Assembly (NCBI GenBank): GCA_900088475.1
Contig: FLMG01000350.1
Coordinates: 1 to 64,000, forward strand
DNA: 64,000 bases
Origin: Hyphochytrium catenoides
Lineage: Eukaryota > Protista > Hyphochytriomycota
Direction: 5' to 3'
Positions 1-11,789 of the stretch are shown here, one piece after another (the stretch's first letter is position 1; every line of letters begins with the position of its first letter). A program made the translations under genes and the position numbers. The notes beneath the pieces were generated by a model, which was given only the letters and a program-made list of their open reading frames with translations, had not been told where the DNA came from and ran no database searches.

Positions 1-289
1 GCCGCGAGTTACTTGTGAAACTAGCGCGAGGCGGGAGACTAGCCTGAAGAAGGAAACCAACACTCAGACTGCTATCAATAAAACAAACGAACGGAGCCCC
101 TGTCACATGGTTTGCTCCAGAAGTCCGAATGAACTGGGCGCCTCAGATTCAATTGAATAATTGTCAATAAATAGTAATAGCTCAGCATGTGAGCCTGTAT
201 AATACAGAGATTCTGCTTCCCTCTCTTGCCTCTTCTTGAGTTTCGGAGGTGCTGCGCTGACTCAGTCACTGCCACACGTCCTACAGATA

Positions 290-3200
290 TTAGGCTTGTG
301 AGTTAACCGTAGTGATGATAGCTCGCTGTTGTTCGCGCCGGTCTCTTCGCATTTGAAGCTCAGCCGCTGTTCGCTCCTTAAGGCACTTGTACGCCCCTGT
401 CTCTGCCTCTATTGACCACAGCAGGCCTTCTAGCCGCTGCTTGAAAGACAGGCTGGCGGTGTTCTTACGACACTGTGAGGAGAACGACGCAGAGATGGAA
501 GGCTTATGTCGTAGTGTCCCATTTTCCTGCTCTGCCGCTTCTTCTATTTCTGGTCCTTGAGGATCCTCACCAAGCTCTTTCTCCAGAGAAGACGCCTGCT
601 TGTCCGCCGTGGGCCTCCCAGCTTCGCCCCTCCACCAGGCGTCAATTGCATTTCGTCCTTCCGAGAGCTTCATTCTTCCACCAGCGAAGCCCGTCGATGA
701 TCTTTGGGGCTCAATGAGCTCAAGGGTGTGGCCCTCCTCCATTATTATATGTCCCTTCCCTTGATTACGCAGCTGAGAGATCTCTTCTTGAGCTTTAACC
801 AAGTCTGCCCTCACCTTCTGTAGGGCAATATCCTGTGCCCGAGTCTTTCTCCTCTCTTCTTCAAGGGCCTCGCGGTTAGCTACAAATTCATAGGCCAAAC
901 CGCTCAACCTTTCTTCCGCGTCTGCCAACATCTTCCTGGTTAGCTCTTCTTTCAATTCAGCTTCTGAAGAGCTGCCACCACAGGAGCAGGAAGACGAGAC
1001 AGGGACAGAGAGCACTTTGCTCTTCAGCTCTACCTGCTCCCTTTCCAGTGCGATTCGTTGTGACTCACTGAGAGTGAGCTTCTCCTTCAATTCTGCCATC
1101 TCCACTTCTGTCCTCGCAATCTCCTCAACAAGCTCCTTCCTAGCATCAGCACCAACCTTATCCATAGATCTGTACAGCTCTTCTTCAATGGCTCTCTTTG
1201 CCTCCACAGTCTCTTTCTGCCTCTTTGCCTCGAGCAGCTCTGTGCGCAGAATCTCTATCTGCTCTCTAATGGTTACCTCAGAATGACCTCTGGGGCTATT
1301 TTTAAGTGGAAAAGAACCCGTGGCAAGGGTCGGTGGAGTATATTCTTCCACGTCAGCTCTCTCGATTGCTTTCCTGCAATCACTGCAATACCATTCTCCG
1401 TCTTCTGGAGCACAGAGGAGACCAAGGCAGTCTGGATGGAAGTATCGGCCACAATTCCCGTCGCATAGAAAGACCGATTGTCCCTTGTCGCTCTCTTCGC
1501 CTCTCACTCGCTTTGAACAGAAGCTACAGACGGCTCCATTTATGTCATTCTCTCCTTTTTCGGTGGGCCCTGCCAAGTTATTAAGTGAGACTCCAGAAGA
1601 TGGCCGGCTGGGGTTCTCTTTCGCTATTATCTGTTCCCGTATAGTGAATTCCTCCCCATTTGTTTGGTGGGGGCACAATTCATACTCGTCCACTTGTACC
1701 GCTGCGTTAGTCATTTCCTTTCTGCAACCACACTGTGTGCTCGCCTGTATAGCGCCTAAGGGAGACGATGGGTCAATGGAATGAGACAGGGAGGAAATGG
1801 ATCCTTGTTGTTCCTCTAGCGTCGAGATGTAAGCCAGGAGCGAGTCCATTCTTTGTTCCATACTGGCAAGGAGCTGCTTGTACTCTCGAAGAGTCTTCTC
1901 CTCATTAACTCTTGGTCGGTTTCGGATTCTCTTGGCTCTGGTCCCGAACCGCAGAGAACTAAGCGTCTCTTCGTAGTTGCAGGGACTGGGACTGCACGTC
2001 ACTACCAAATGTGTCTTGGCATTCCCTCCTAAAGAGTCCTACAGGAAATTGAGAAAAATGCCAAGTAAATTAGCCACAAAGCCAGGCAGAAGTCGCAAGC
2101 GATAGACGGGGCCGCATTGCAAAGTGGACAGCGAACAGATTAATTGAGGGAAACAGCCAGATCCAACTGGAGAAATCATAACGGCGCCAAATATTAGTGA
2201 CAAAAGTCCCAACGAGCTATACATAGAGGTCCAAGAGAAATAGAATGCTAGGAGGGAGTTGAGCAAAACCCCTCCTCGACTCAAGAAGAGGGGGAGATGC
2301 AAAAGAAGAGGGAGGCAAAGGCACACAGCTTGATATATTTACCTGCAGGATGCGAGTGAGCTTCGAATCTCTGTAGGGAATATGCTTGCTTCCATCGGTG
2401 AGCGCTGTGATAACCATCCCTAGCGCTGTAAGTGATTTGTTGATGTGCTTGGCTTCCTCCAGCCGCTGGCCAGAGGCATTCGTCTTGCGGACCATCTCGC
2501 TCCCTGCCAGGTCAACCTGTAAAGCCAAAAGTTATACATGCTTCTGTTCAGAAGAAAAATAATGAGCAGCCGACAAGGGTTGGAAAAGACAAACTGCCCA
2601 AAAGAGCAAGCCCACGTTAGCCCTGATCAGCAGGAAGGAGCAAGGATTGAATCCAAGCACGCCATCAACGTAGAAGCGACGTTAGCTCGGCAGGACAAAG
2701 AATGAGCTACGTGGCGAGAGAAAAGAGGCGCAACTTTCTGACCAAGAAGAGCTTTGCTGTCTTCTTCACTTGTGAGGCAACAAAACTCATGGTAACACTG
2801 ATAGAGAGAATGCTGTGACTGCGGCTGCTCTCCTGATTCATTTGCGTAGCACCGGTTGCTCTGTTGCCAATCCCCAGTGCCATTGCCTGGAGCACCTCCT
2901 CTTCCGTGCAGCAAGCAAAGGTTTGTGCTCCCTGGATAGGAAGACGAACCCAACATGGTTGGGGGAAAAGGGGAATGTTAGGTATAAACTTGACGTGGAT
3001 AGCTTTAAAAGAGTGAATGTACAAGGCCACGAAGATGAAGCTAGAAGTACATCACGAAGCAAAGCAGCTTAGTTGTTCCTCCGACTACCATTGCGATTAA
3101 GATAGTTGTGGTCGTACGTGACAGAGGTATTGGGAAAAAGACCCATAGCTACAACTGCTTCACAACGCACCTCAACCCACACGCCTTTGTCTGGGTCCTC

Positions 3201-3692
3201 CCTTACTCTCATTGTCTTGTTGCAGGGCTTGAGCAGGTCCCGTACTTTCTCAAGATAGACCTCCAGGTAGGAAACACGTAGCTCATACTTCAGCTGCTGT
3301 CGCGTCGTCTCCTCCTTCAGCCCCACAAACAGAGCCCCAACAATCCGAGGAACTAAACCCTGCAGTTCACTGTCTTCTACTTTCCCTAATACGGTATATG
3401 TCTTTCCGCTGCCGGTCTGTCCGTATGCGAACAAAGTGCAATTGTATCCTGCCAATGTATCTTCTACCAAGGGCCTTCCGATGCTCCTGAACACGGCCTC
3501 CTGGCTTGCAGAGCTATCGAAAACTTGATCGAACGCGTAGTCGCTAGCCTCAGAAGAGCCCGGTGAAAACAGAGAGACGAGTCGTCCATCTGCAGAGACC
3601 CGGATGCAACACGCCTCCTCGTGATCTTCCTGCTTCTTCTCATACTCATTCGTCGGTCTGAATCTGCAACTGACCTTAACATTTCCGGCCAT
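290..3692 (-). CDS. Kinesin motor protein (kinesin-1-like head) with PHD finger and coiled-coil tail; 4 exons
   Basis: P-loop [10 protein letters not shown], switch I NQESSRSH, switch II (FL)[21 protein letters not shown]|DS and ETLSSLRFG, joined across three GT-AG introns. C4HC3 finger at 1376-1528. Confidence 0.93.
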
Positions 3693-4387
3693 GCTTCCCA
3701 GAAGCTAGCGTGGGCACAGGCTCCCGTACTTAACGTTTGTTGTGAACAATAAAAGCTCAAGAGGGCCCGACATTAGGATAGCAGCCCAGGCATTGGTGTG
3801 GCCTGCTTCTCAGGATGCAATAAGCAGCGATTGATGCCATCGGCTTCGGATCAGAGTGATGCGCTGCCAATAAGACCGTCGGCTGGGGCCATTGACGGAC
3901 CTTCCTTGCTTCCAATATCATCTTTTCCTTGTCATCAGTCCTCTTTTCTCATCTCTCCTGCATCTTGGCGCTCAGGAATTCCCCAGGATTTATACATCGC
4001 GATTACTAGCGTTCCTTATCCATTATAATGGCTACTAGAACCTATCTATTCTTCATAATTCAGTGGAGTAACGGATGGAACTATCGGAGGCCCAGACCCC
4101 GATGACAGCATGGACCCATGCGATCTACAGTAGGAACTACCGTCTCGTGACTGGAAAAGTCAGAAGGTGCCTTCAAGCAGGGCACAGCTAAGACCGCACG
4201 CAGAGATTGGAGCTCTAATCCTCGATGAAGATAAGATGACGATAAATATGTCTCTGTTGACAGGGTAATAATGTAACCAATGCTTCCCCGCCCAGGCGGC
4301 ACGGAGCCCAGTCAATAAATAGAACCTACTAGTTAGTGTATCTTCGTTGTCCTCACGACTCAGCTGAGAGTTATCGAACAGCATGTT

Positions 4388-7282
4388 CTAGAGATCTACA
4401 TCCGTCGCTGCTACTGAAGGCCGGGGACCCTCAGCTGTTCGGACTCTGGGAAGAACTCTTTTTTTGTGACCTCGAAGCTTCACGATAGACAGGTCATTTT
4501 CTATGTCGAGTACATTGTTCATCAGTCTTTCTTCTTCAGCCTCCTCTTGGGCGCCAGTTGCCCAGTCTCCCTCTTTCGAATCTCGCTCCGACGAGGTGTC
4601 AAATAGAGGAATCTCAATATCTGCACCAAACTCCTTCGCCATCATCAAGGAAAGTAGCACCGTCTTTCGAACTGACTTGGCATGCTGTTGTTCTGGGCAT
4701 GCAGCTGATGATGTCTCCAGACCTGAAATATAACCTGAGGTACCCTCTTCCCGTCTGCCATCTGGGAGTGCAGGCTTAATGTCCACTTGCTCACTTCCTG
4801 CTGAATCTTGTACGCTACCGACAAAGAAGGAGGACATGTCCATGGCAGATCTCGGTGTGGAATAATTGTCGCCCTGCTCGTCATTTTGAGTCACTCGCAG
4901 CCGCTCCCGTTCTGGCCACCATTTATCAGCCCCCATCTCCGTCCCGAATTGTAGCCCCAAGCCCTCGCTGCTAGAATCCGTAATACGAGAGGGTGGAGGC
5001 AAGACATCTATAAAGGGGCCAGCAGGAAGCTCCCTCTGAGCTGCCGGTGCATCTCTACACTTGTTCTGATTCGCCAACAGCTCTGCGGTGTCAAGCAATT
5101 CAGGCCGGAGCGTTTTCTTCGCAACTGAAGCGTCTTCACTGTTGGGGTTCCTGGCGGCACAATCTTGACTCTTAACCAAATCTGTGGCTTCAAAGAACTC
5201 AGGCTGCGAAGGCTTTGTGTCAGTGCGACCCTTCTCATTGGAAGGACCAGTCTTGGAACCGACAGATCTCTTCCCTTTAGGCTCGCATGAGAGTGAAGAC
5301 GAGGTGGTAACGTTCTCATCTTCCCCTAAACCTCGTGAGACTTCTCTCTTCGGGGAAGGCTGTCCTTTTGGTTCAGGGAGTCTCTGAGGACCAGAGGACT
5401 TCCTTGTTACCTCAGTAAGATAAGTCGGCTTCGCTAATTTTACCTTTGCAAGAAGAGAAGACTGCCCAATGGCGGGTGCCAGGGCCTCTTTTTTGCTTTT
5501 GATCAATTGTTCAGGGGGCTGGTACTTCTTGAGCAGCTTCTGTCTGTACTCCCTAGACTTCTTTTCGACATCCGCTTTGGAAAGGCTGATGTCCGGCAGC
5601 TTCATTGTTTGAGTATCTGCCTGAATATGCTTTTCAGTTCCGTGCTCTGGGGTACAACGAGCATTCCGATCCCTCGAGAGAATTACGCTGTTGCTAAGGT
5701 CAGGTGTTTCACCTTCTGTTTGGCCCCTCGAATCTTCTCTTGCCAGTACCTTTGTCCCATGGAAACTAGGTGGCGTTCCTAGGAAGCGACTTTTCTTGTC
5801 GGCGTAGGCATACTTCTTTAAAAAGCGGAGCCTATTCTTCCTAGTCTCAGCCGCAAAAAGGATACGAACAGTCTCACTAGCATGTGGCACCTCATCTCGG
5901 GTCGGGCTTCTCTTCCCACAATGGGGAGCTGCTGTAAGACTCTCGCGGTCAACTCCTTTCGAAGGTGTAGAAATTCCGCCTCTTGACATGCTTCCTGGCG
6001 ACCCATATCTCGTGCCATCTTTGCTACCAATATCCTCTCCCAGGGATGTCATTGGCTCTTTGCTTAGCTGCTGCTGCTGGCGTGGCCCGGTTGGGCAGAA
6101 CGAGCTATTATCTGAAACTCCATCTACTTTGTCTTCCTTATTTTTTGTGAAGGTTTGGATCGGGATGCCACTGCCAATGCTCATGCTGCTAGCCCTTCTC
6201 TTCAGCTTCTCAGAAACGAGCTGCTTAAGTTCAGACGGATCTTCCCAATCTTCTGGCGGACTAATGTCCTCTTCCTCTGCACCGCCTGATTCATGCTTTT
6301 CCTCCTCCCTGATAAGTATTGCAGCCTGGACTTCACTTTTCTGTTTGAGGCAGTGAGGCGTGGCTTGGCTTGGACTGCGTGGAGGTGCAGCATCAAGCTG
6401 ATCGGCATTGCTCTCTGCATTGTTCTCTCCCTGACCATCTATATGCGGCGTTTTCCTACTAGCATCACCTCGGACGGTGTCGACGCTGCTGTGGACTACT
6501 TGTTGGCTAGGAAGTGTCGTAGGGACCGAAAAAGCTGCAATCGCTGCATTTGCATCTGCACTAAACTTGCTGCGCCTTGGCTGATCAACTACTGATGCTC
6601 TTGAGCTGTCTCCTGGTGAGCTTTCAGGTCCCAAGGATAGATGGTCCTCAATCTCTTGCGTCCTAGCATTGCCGCCACCGGCTCTTGTCATCTCCACCAT
6701 TTGTAGGGCAGCACTGGGTGCGCGGCGGTCTTCCATATTATGTGTAAAGACATCTTGATGGCATGCTAACAAGTTCTCCACGCTGAGCTCTATACTCTTC
6801 GAAACCGCCAGGTAGTCCTTGGGAGCAACTCCTACTTTGTTCTTGAGTCTAACCCTCCACCATCCTTCTTCTTCTATGTCGACAATCTCCAAACTCTCTC
6901 CCGCTTGGAAAGAAAGCTCTTCCTCATCTGTTTCCACTCAGTTAGAGCTCGGAATTGCCTCAGGCTGTTTACTCTGGGGATCACAAGTATTACCTCGGCC
7001 AGCAAATTGAAACTTGGTCTTAGCTTGAAGGCTGGACACGGCGCAATACCGTGCAGGAAATATACCTTTGTCTCCTGTGGTCAAGTTGAACCCGTACCAC
7101 CAGTCCTCTTCCTCCTTCTTGACCAGATAGAGAAGATCTCCTTCTTGTAAGGCAATCTCATCGGGTTCTAGGGAGTGACTCTAAGCCATGGGTATAGCGC
7201 TACGCAGACCTTCAGAATGTGATTACTTACCTCTCTTTTCATATTTGTAAACAGCTTTGTAGAATTTCGGGGTGGGCACCAT
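4388..7282 (-). CDS. Protein with two N-terminal SH3 domains and a long disordered tail
   Basis: Spliced reading: MVPTPKFYKAVYKYEKR|EPDEIALQEGD..EEDWWYG..GIFPARY (SH3-1) and AKTKFQFAGR|DEEELSFQAGE..EEGWWRV..GVAPKDY (SH3-2). Two short GT-AG introns, then an approx. 845-codon S/E/K/P-rich exon. Confidence 0.85.
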
Positions 7283-7371
7283 CTACTTTGTAGCAGTCGT
7301 GACATCTGGGAAAATCATGAGCTGGTGCATGTGTAGAGGTGTTTGCTCGAGGTCAGGCTGTGATGCTCTAA

Positions 7372-7397
7372 TGATTGGACCCAATCAGACATGACGT
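7372..7397. promoter_or_regulatory. Inverted pair of CCAAT boxes plus TGACGT element in a divergent promoter
   Basis: Perfect inverted repeat TGATTGG-AC-CCAATCA (7372-7387) followed by TGACGT (7392-7397), about 90 bp upstream of the SH3 gene ATG. Confidence 0.4.
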
Positions 7398-8087
7398 GCT
7401 CGTTCCTCTGTCATTAGAATAGCTGCTCCTCCAGCCATTGCCTCGTGTCTGAGCTTCCTTTCAGGGGCATAATGCCCTTGTAAACCCATTGCCTAAGCAG
7501 CTGAAGCGCCTTACTCTTAGCGGCAGCTAGCATCAGTCGCCCCGCCCCATCAACCATCTTTCAACCATTTCTCTTGCCGCGTCACTTTATAATAACAAGC
7601 CAAGAAGAATTTCCGTTACTGTAGGACCTCTAGTAACCCCAGAAGAACTGGAGTTACTGATCCCACTATGATTATTGTCAGATTCAGAAGGCTTCTGTTA
7701 CCCCAAACCCAAAGCGCCTTTTGGCTTTCCCTTACACTTTATCAAAGCTTTGCAACCCAAGAGGAGCAGAGCGAGGACAAGAAAAGAACGTTTCTTGCGC
7801 ACCAGGCAAGACGAAAGCAAGCCTTTCCTCTTGTCCTCCGCTTTCCCCCAGCACAGCTCTTCCTTCGATCCTCCCCTGCTGTTTGTTGCCCTTGCTTTCT
7901 ACATCATCATCCCCTCCTTCCTTCCTTCAGGACTCAGAAGGGCAGTGGCATAGGATGTAAAATAAGGAACATCAAGGTGAAGGCATCGTGGGAAGGTTGT
8001 GCAAGAGTCTCTCGGTGCCATCATGCTTCCGAACTAAACCATCCTCTGGAGGCATCGAGGTAGACCAGGTCTTCATTAGCTGCCTTG

Positions 8088-9717
8088 ATGATGGTCAGGC
8101 ACTCCGAGAATAGGAAGGGCCACCCTATCAGGGCCGAGGGGAGCCTTCGCGCTGACGAGAGCAGGGTGACCAGAGGGAATAACAACGTCGAGGATCGCGA
8201 AGTTCAATATCCTGGGCAAGAGTCGAGGCGACCTTCAGATGCCCAGCCAATGGCACGTCACCATTCTAGCCCCAGCGATTTCCACCCGAAATCTCCCACC
8301 CTTCCCTCCATATCAGCCGTTATGTCGCAGGCTTCGCCAACGCTAAATAAAGAAACATGGCCATCACTACCACCTTCTGCCAAGAGAGACTTAGGGAAGC
8401 AGTGGTCCCTACCAAAGCGCCATAACAGCAACACTGCTATGCAAGCACCTAGACTTTTGCTCCCTTACGCTGGCCCGCTGCCTGTTATCCAGCAAGAGAG
8501 GCCTACCTCCAGCTACCGTCCGCCAGTGAACCTTGACAGCACCAAGGGAGACTCTTTACCCTCGCGACCTGAAGTTCTCAGTCCGTTTCAACCGATGCCT
8601 CAGCACTCTACCCCACTGCACGACTCGACTTCGTTCTCCAGTGACAGAGATTCTGATCCTCTAGATTATCGTCGACGCAGGAGGTCTGAGTCGGAAAAGC
8701 GCAGGTAGGCATTTCAGGCAGTCTTTGCTTTATAGGCTGGCGCCATTCATCCTCGCCTTGACATTCAGGACAGAACGGATCAACGATCAAATTGACAGGT
8801 TGAGGACTATGCTAAAGGTAGGATCTAAATCTCTGGTTCTTAATTTTCTTCGTGGCTGAATCTTTCTCCGATAGACACTAGATGTCTTGGGTGAGAAGAT
8901 GGATAAATTAAGGGTACTCTTAGCCGCCAAAGAGTATCTTAGGCAATGTAGAGACGAAGAAGGATTGCCTATCTCAAGAAGAAAACGGCAGAAGACTTGC
9001 GATGGGACAGGCACTACCAACTTTGTGGCTCTCTTTGATCAGTGCGGAGTGCCAATGGCCGTGCTAGAGAAGGATGGCAGGTGCTAAGACCTTTTAAGTC
9101 TCCCTTCAACATTCGCTTCCTCTGCCCGCTTCCCCAGATCCCTTCATCGCTCAGTGCCATCAAGGTTTCGGCTTCAACTGTGTATTAATCGTTACTGCTG
9201 ACGCTTCTTATTGCCACTGCTGGTATGTCTCACCTCACACTTGGGACTGGAGCTTACCTGCTTGTGATTATAGGTTCCGATATACTAATCAACAATTTGC
9301 CAACTTGACACGGCTCTCTAAGGAAGAGCTTCTCCTTAAGGACGTCAGCTCGTTCCTTCCCGCTTGTCAGATGGACGAGGATAGGTATGTGTGCTCTCCA
9401 CTCTCCACTCCTTTCATCACTGGGCGTAGTACTAACCTGCCATGCACAGTCCTTGGGGCGCACTTTCGACAGGTATCCAGTGCCGGACGCAGGTAAAAGG
9501 AGAGATCCTTCTGAAGGACTCTCCCGCGCTGGCAAGTAGAGAATCTAGAAGATTTGGTGTATCTGTCCTGGTCACATTCTAACTTAGTAATGGCCCTTGT
9601 CAGGTCTCAATCACTTTGGCCCTGATACCGGCAGGCGGACAGGGCTCTGGACATTGGATTCACATGACCATGCTCCCTCTTGACACCGATCACCCCCCGC
9701 TCAGCTCAGCTGCCTAA
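8088..9717 (+). CDS. bHLH-PAS transcription factor (single PAS)
   Basis: Spliced bHLH: RRRSESEKRR|TERINDQIDRLRTMLK|TLDVLGEKMDKLRVLLAAKEYL. PAS: FVALFDQCGVPMAVLEKDGR|FRYTNQQFANLTRLSKEELL. Start codon and the last donor site are uncertain. Confidence 0.8.
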
Positions 9718-11789
9718 AGCCCTTATCGCCTATGTACTTTACCACTGTGCCCTACCATTCCGGGAGGACCCCATTGAGACCATTACAACCTTTACTCGGC
9801 CTCTATTCCAATCAGCTGGATGGCTCGGAATTTCCTGCAGGCATTGGAGTCACTGTAACCTGTCACTCTCTCAATGACTGCCACCGCCTGTCCCATCAGT
9901 GGTTGTTAGTCCTTCCCTCTCTGTATGTTCTAATGCGGTCATAGTAACGTCTGACTGCGTCTACCGTTAAACCCTCCAAGCTAACCAACATGGCCAACGG
10001 TCACCATACCTCTCAAGAAATAGCCTATATATGTATATGCCATGTGCCCAAGAGATCAGGCTCGAGCCCAGATCCTCCATTTGCAACCCTGAATAGTTGC
10101 TTTCCTCCCTCAAAGCAAGCCGAGATAACGTAGTTTTTCTTTGAGGGGTGGTACACAAAAGAATTTGACTCCCAAAGTATTTGACCTTAGGCAACGTATG
10201 CCGCTGGGGCCTAACCCATTCCTAAAGAGATTATATTTCTATTCGTCTCCATGTTGGAGTCTCGTCTAATGACCGTGTAGGTATGATAACGTCAGTTGAA
10301 GATATAGCTCGCTCTACTTCATCACTTTTGGAGCCATTAACCTGTGAGTTCAACGACATCTGTCATCTCTGTTACGGAGAGACTATTTTGCATCATAAAG
10401 CCCATCAGTAAGCGAGCCTCCTGAATAAGGGTGGCAGTCAGAGAGGGAAGATCTTCTGGCGAGAATGATTTAACTCTTCGCCTACGTCGCCCACGCAGTT
10501 CCCCGACCCGCACAGCTCGCGTCGCTCTGGATGGGGAGTGTTAGCCCAAGGTTGATAGCCTTTTTGGACATGGTACCACAATAAAAAGATTGAATCTGAA
10601 GAATGTGTCCTGGACTAGTGCTACCCGAGTCCCCGCCATGCAAGCTTAGGATAGATTATTCAGGGTTCATCCGGCATTACTATCAATCCGTAAACGCACT
10701 AAGATGTAACTGCTCTATGAACTTGTCAATGGCTCTTGGGGAGCTTTAGGTAAGAGATAGCACGTTTTTCGGCTAATTTGGCCATATTTTTACCATATAG
10801 GCCTTTCAGCGTTTATAGTTCCATTCGCCACACTTCAGTGACGGACTGACCTCTCGTACCAAGAATCCGTCCTGAGGGACATCGTTTTCTTTCGGATGGT
10901 TAGCAAAAGCTGTAAATGGCAGAATTATACTTTTCTCTTAGGTTTCAACTCTTGACATTCAAGTTTCTTCAATAAAACGAAGTCGTCAATGGTAAGCCCC
11001 TGGTGTTTCCCTGCTGGGTGAAGCAGCACGTAGCGTCAATGACGGGATCTAAGAATGATGCCTTTCAAGACTTTCTTCAGATGATGACCGAGCCAGGAAC
11101 CTTCTTCTGGCTATCACTGAATATAGAGGCTTTTCATGAGTGAGACGATGCAATGTAAAGGCCTTCACTATTTTATTAGCGGGCCTCTGCTGTGCCTCAG
11201 CATCTCAGAACTGTTTTACAGAACGATCGTATCTTCACCAACATCACCGTTCGTTACACCAATGTGTATGATTATCAAAAGCCCTCTTATCTGATTACTA
11301 ATCTCAACGACTACCTTCGTTTGAAAAAGATGAAATAATATGATGGAGGACCCAGAACTCACTTGGACACTGAACTAAGCGCTCTTTTCTTTGCCCTCCG
11401 CATCGCGTCTGCAATGCTGAGAGAGAAGGCTTGAGATGAGAGAAAGAGATCACCGGGCCTCAACCTCGAGCACGCCCCTCGAGCACCTAGTCACCCAGTG
11501 CGAGCGTCACCTCGTAGACCTTATATAGTCCCGTCACGACTCACCAGAGTCCGTCGCACTGGGCTGCGGCACAACCGACATCAAGGAGCTGAAACTGATT
11601 ACATTGATCAATGGCAACCACAAGAAAAATCTCCTAAGTATCGTCAGGTACGGCGTGAAGCACGCTTGCAAAGACTCCTTGTTCTAAGCGTCTTGCTTCA
11701 CGCCTACCAACAGTGAATGGGCCTTGCATGTAACAACATCCAGTAGGAGATAGCAAACATTACTATAGCGGCCTATACATTCGCAGAGA

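Noticed and set aside
11076-11121. AUGAUGA...CUGA C/D-like pair in intergenic DNA
   Set aside because: Too short (about 45 nt), no recognisable guide, folds as a plain hairpin.
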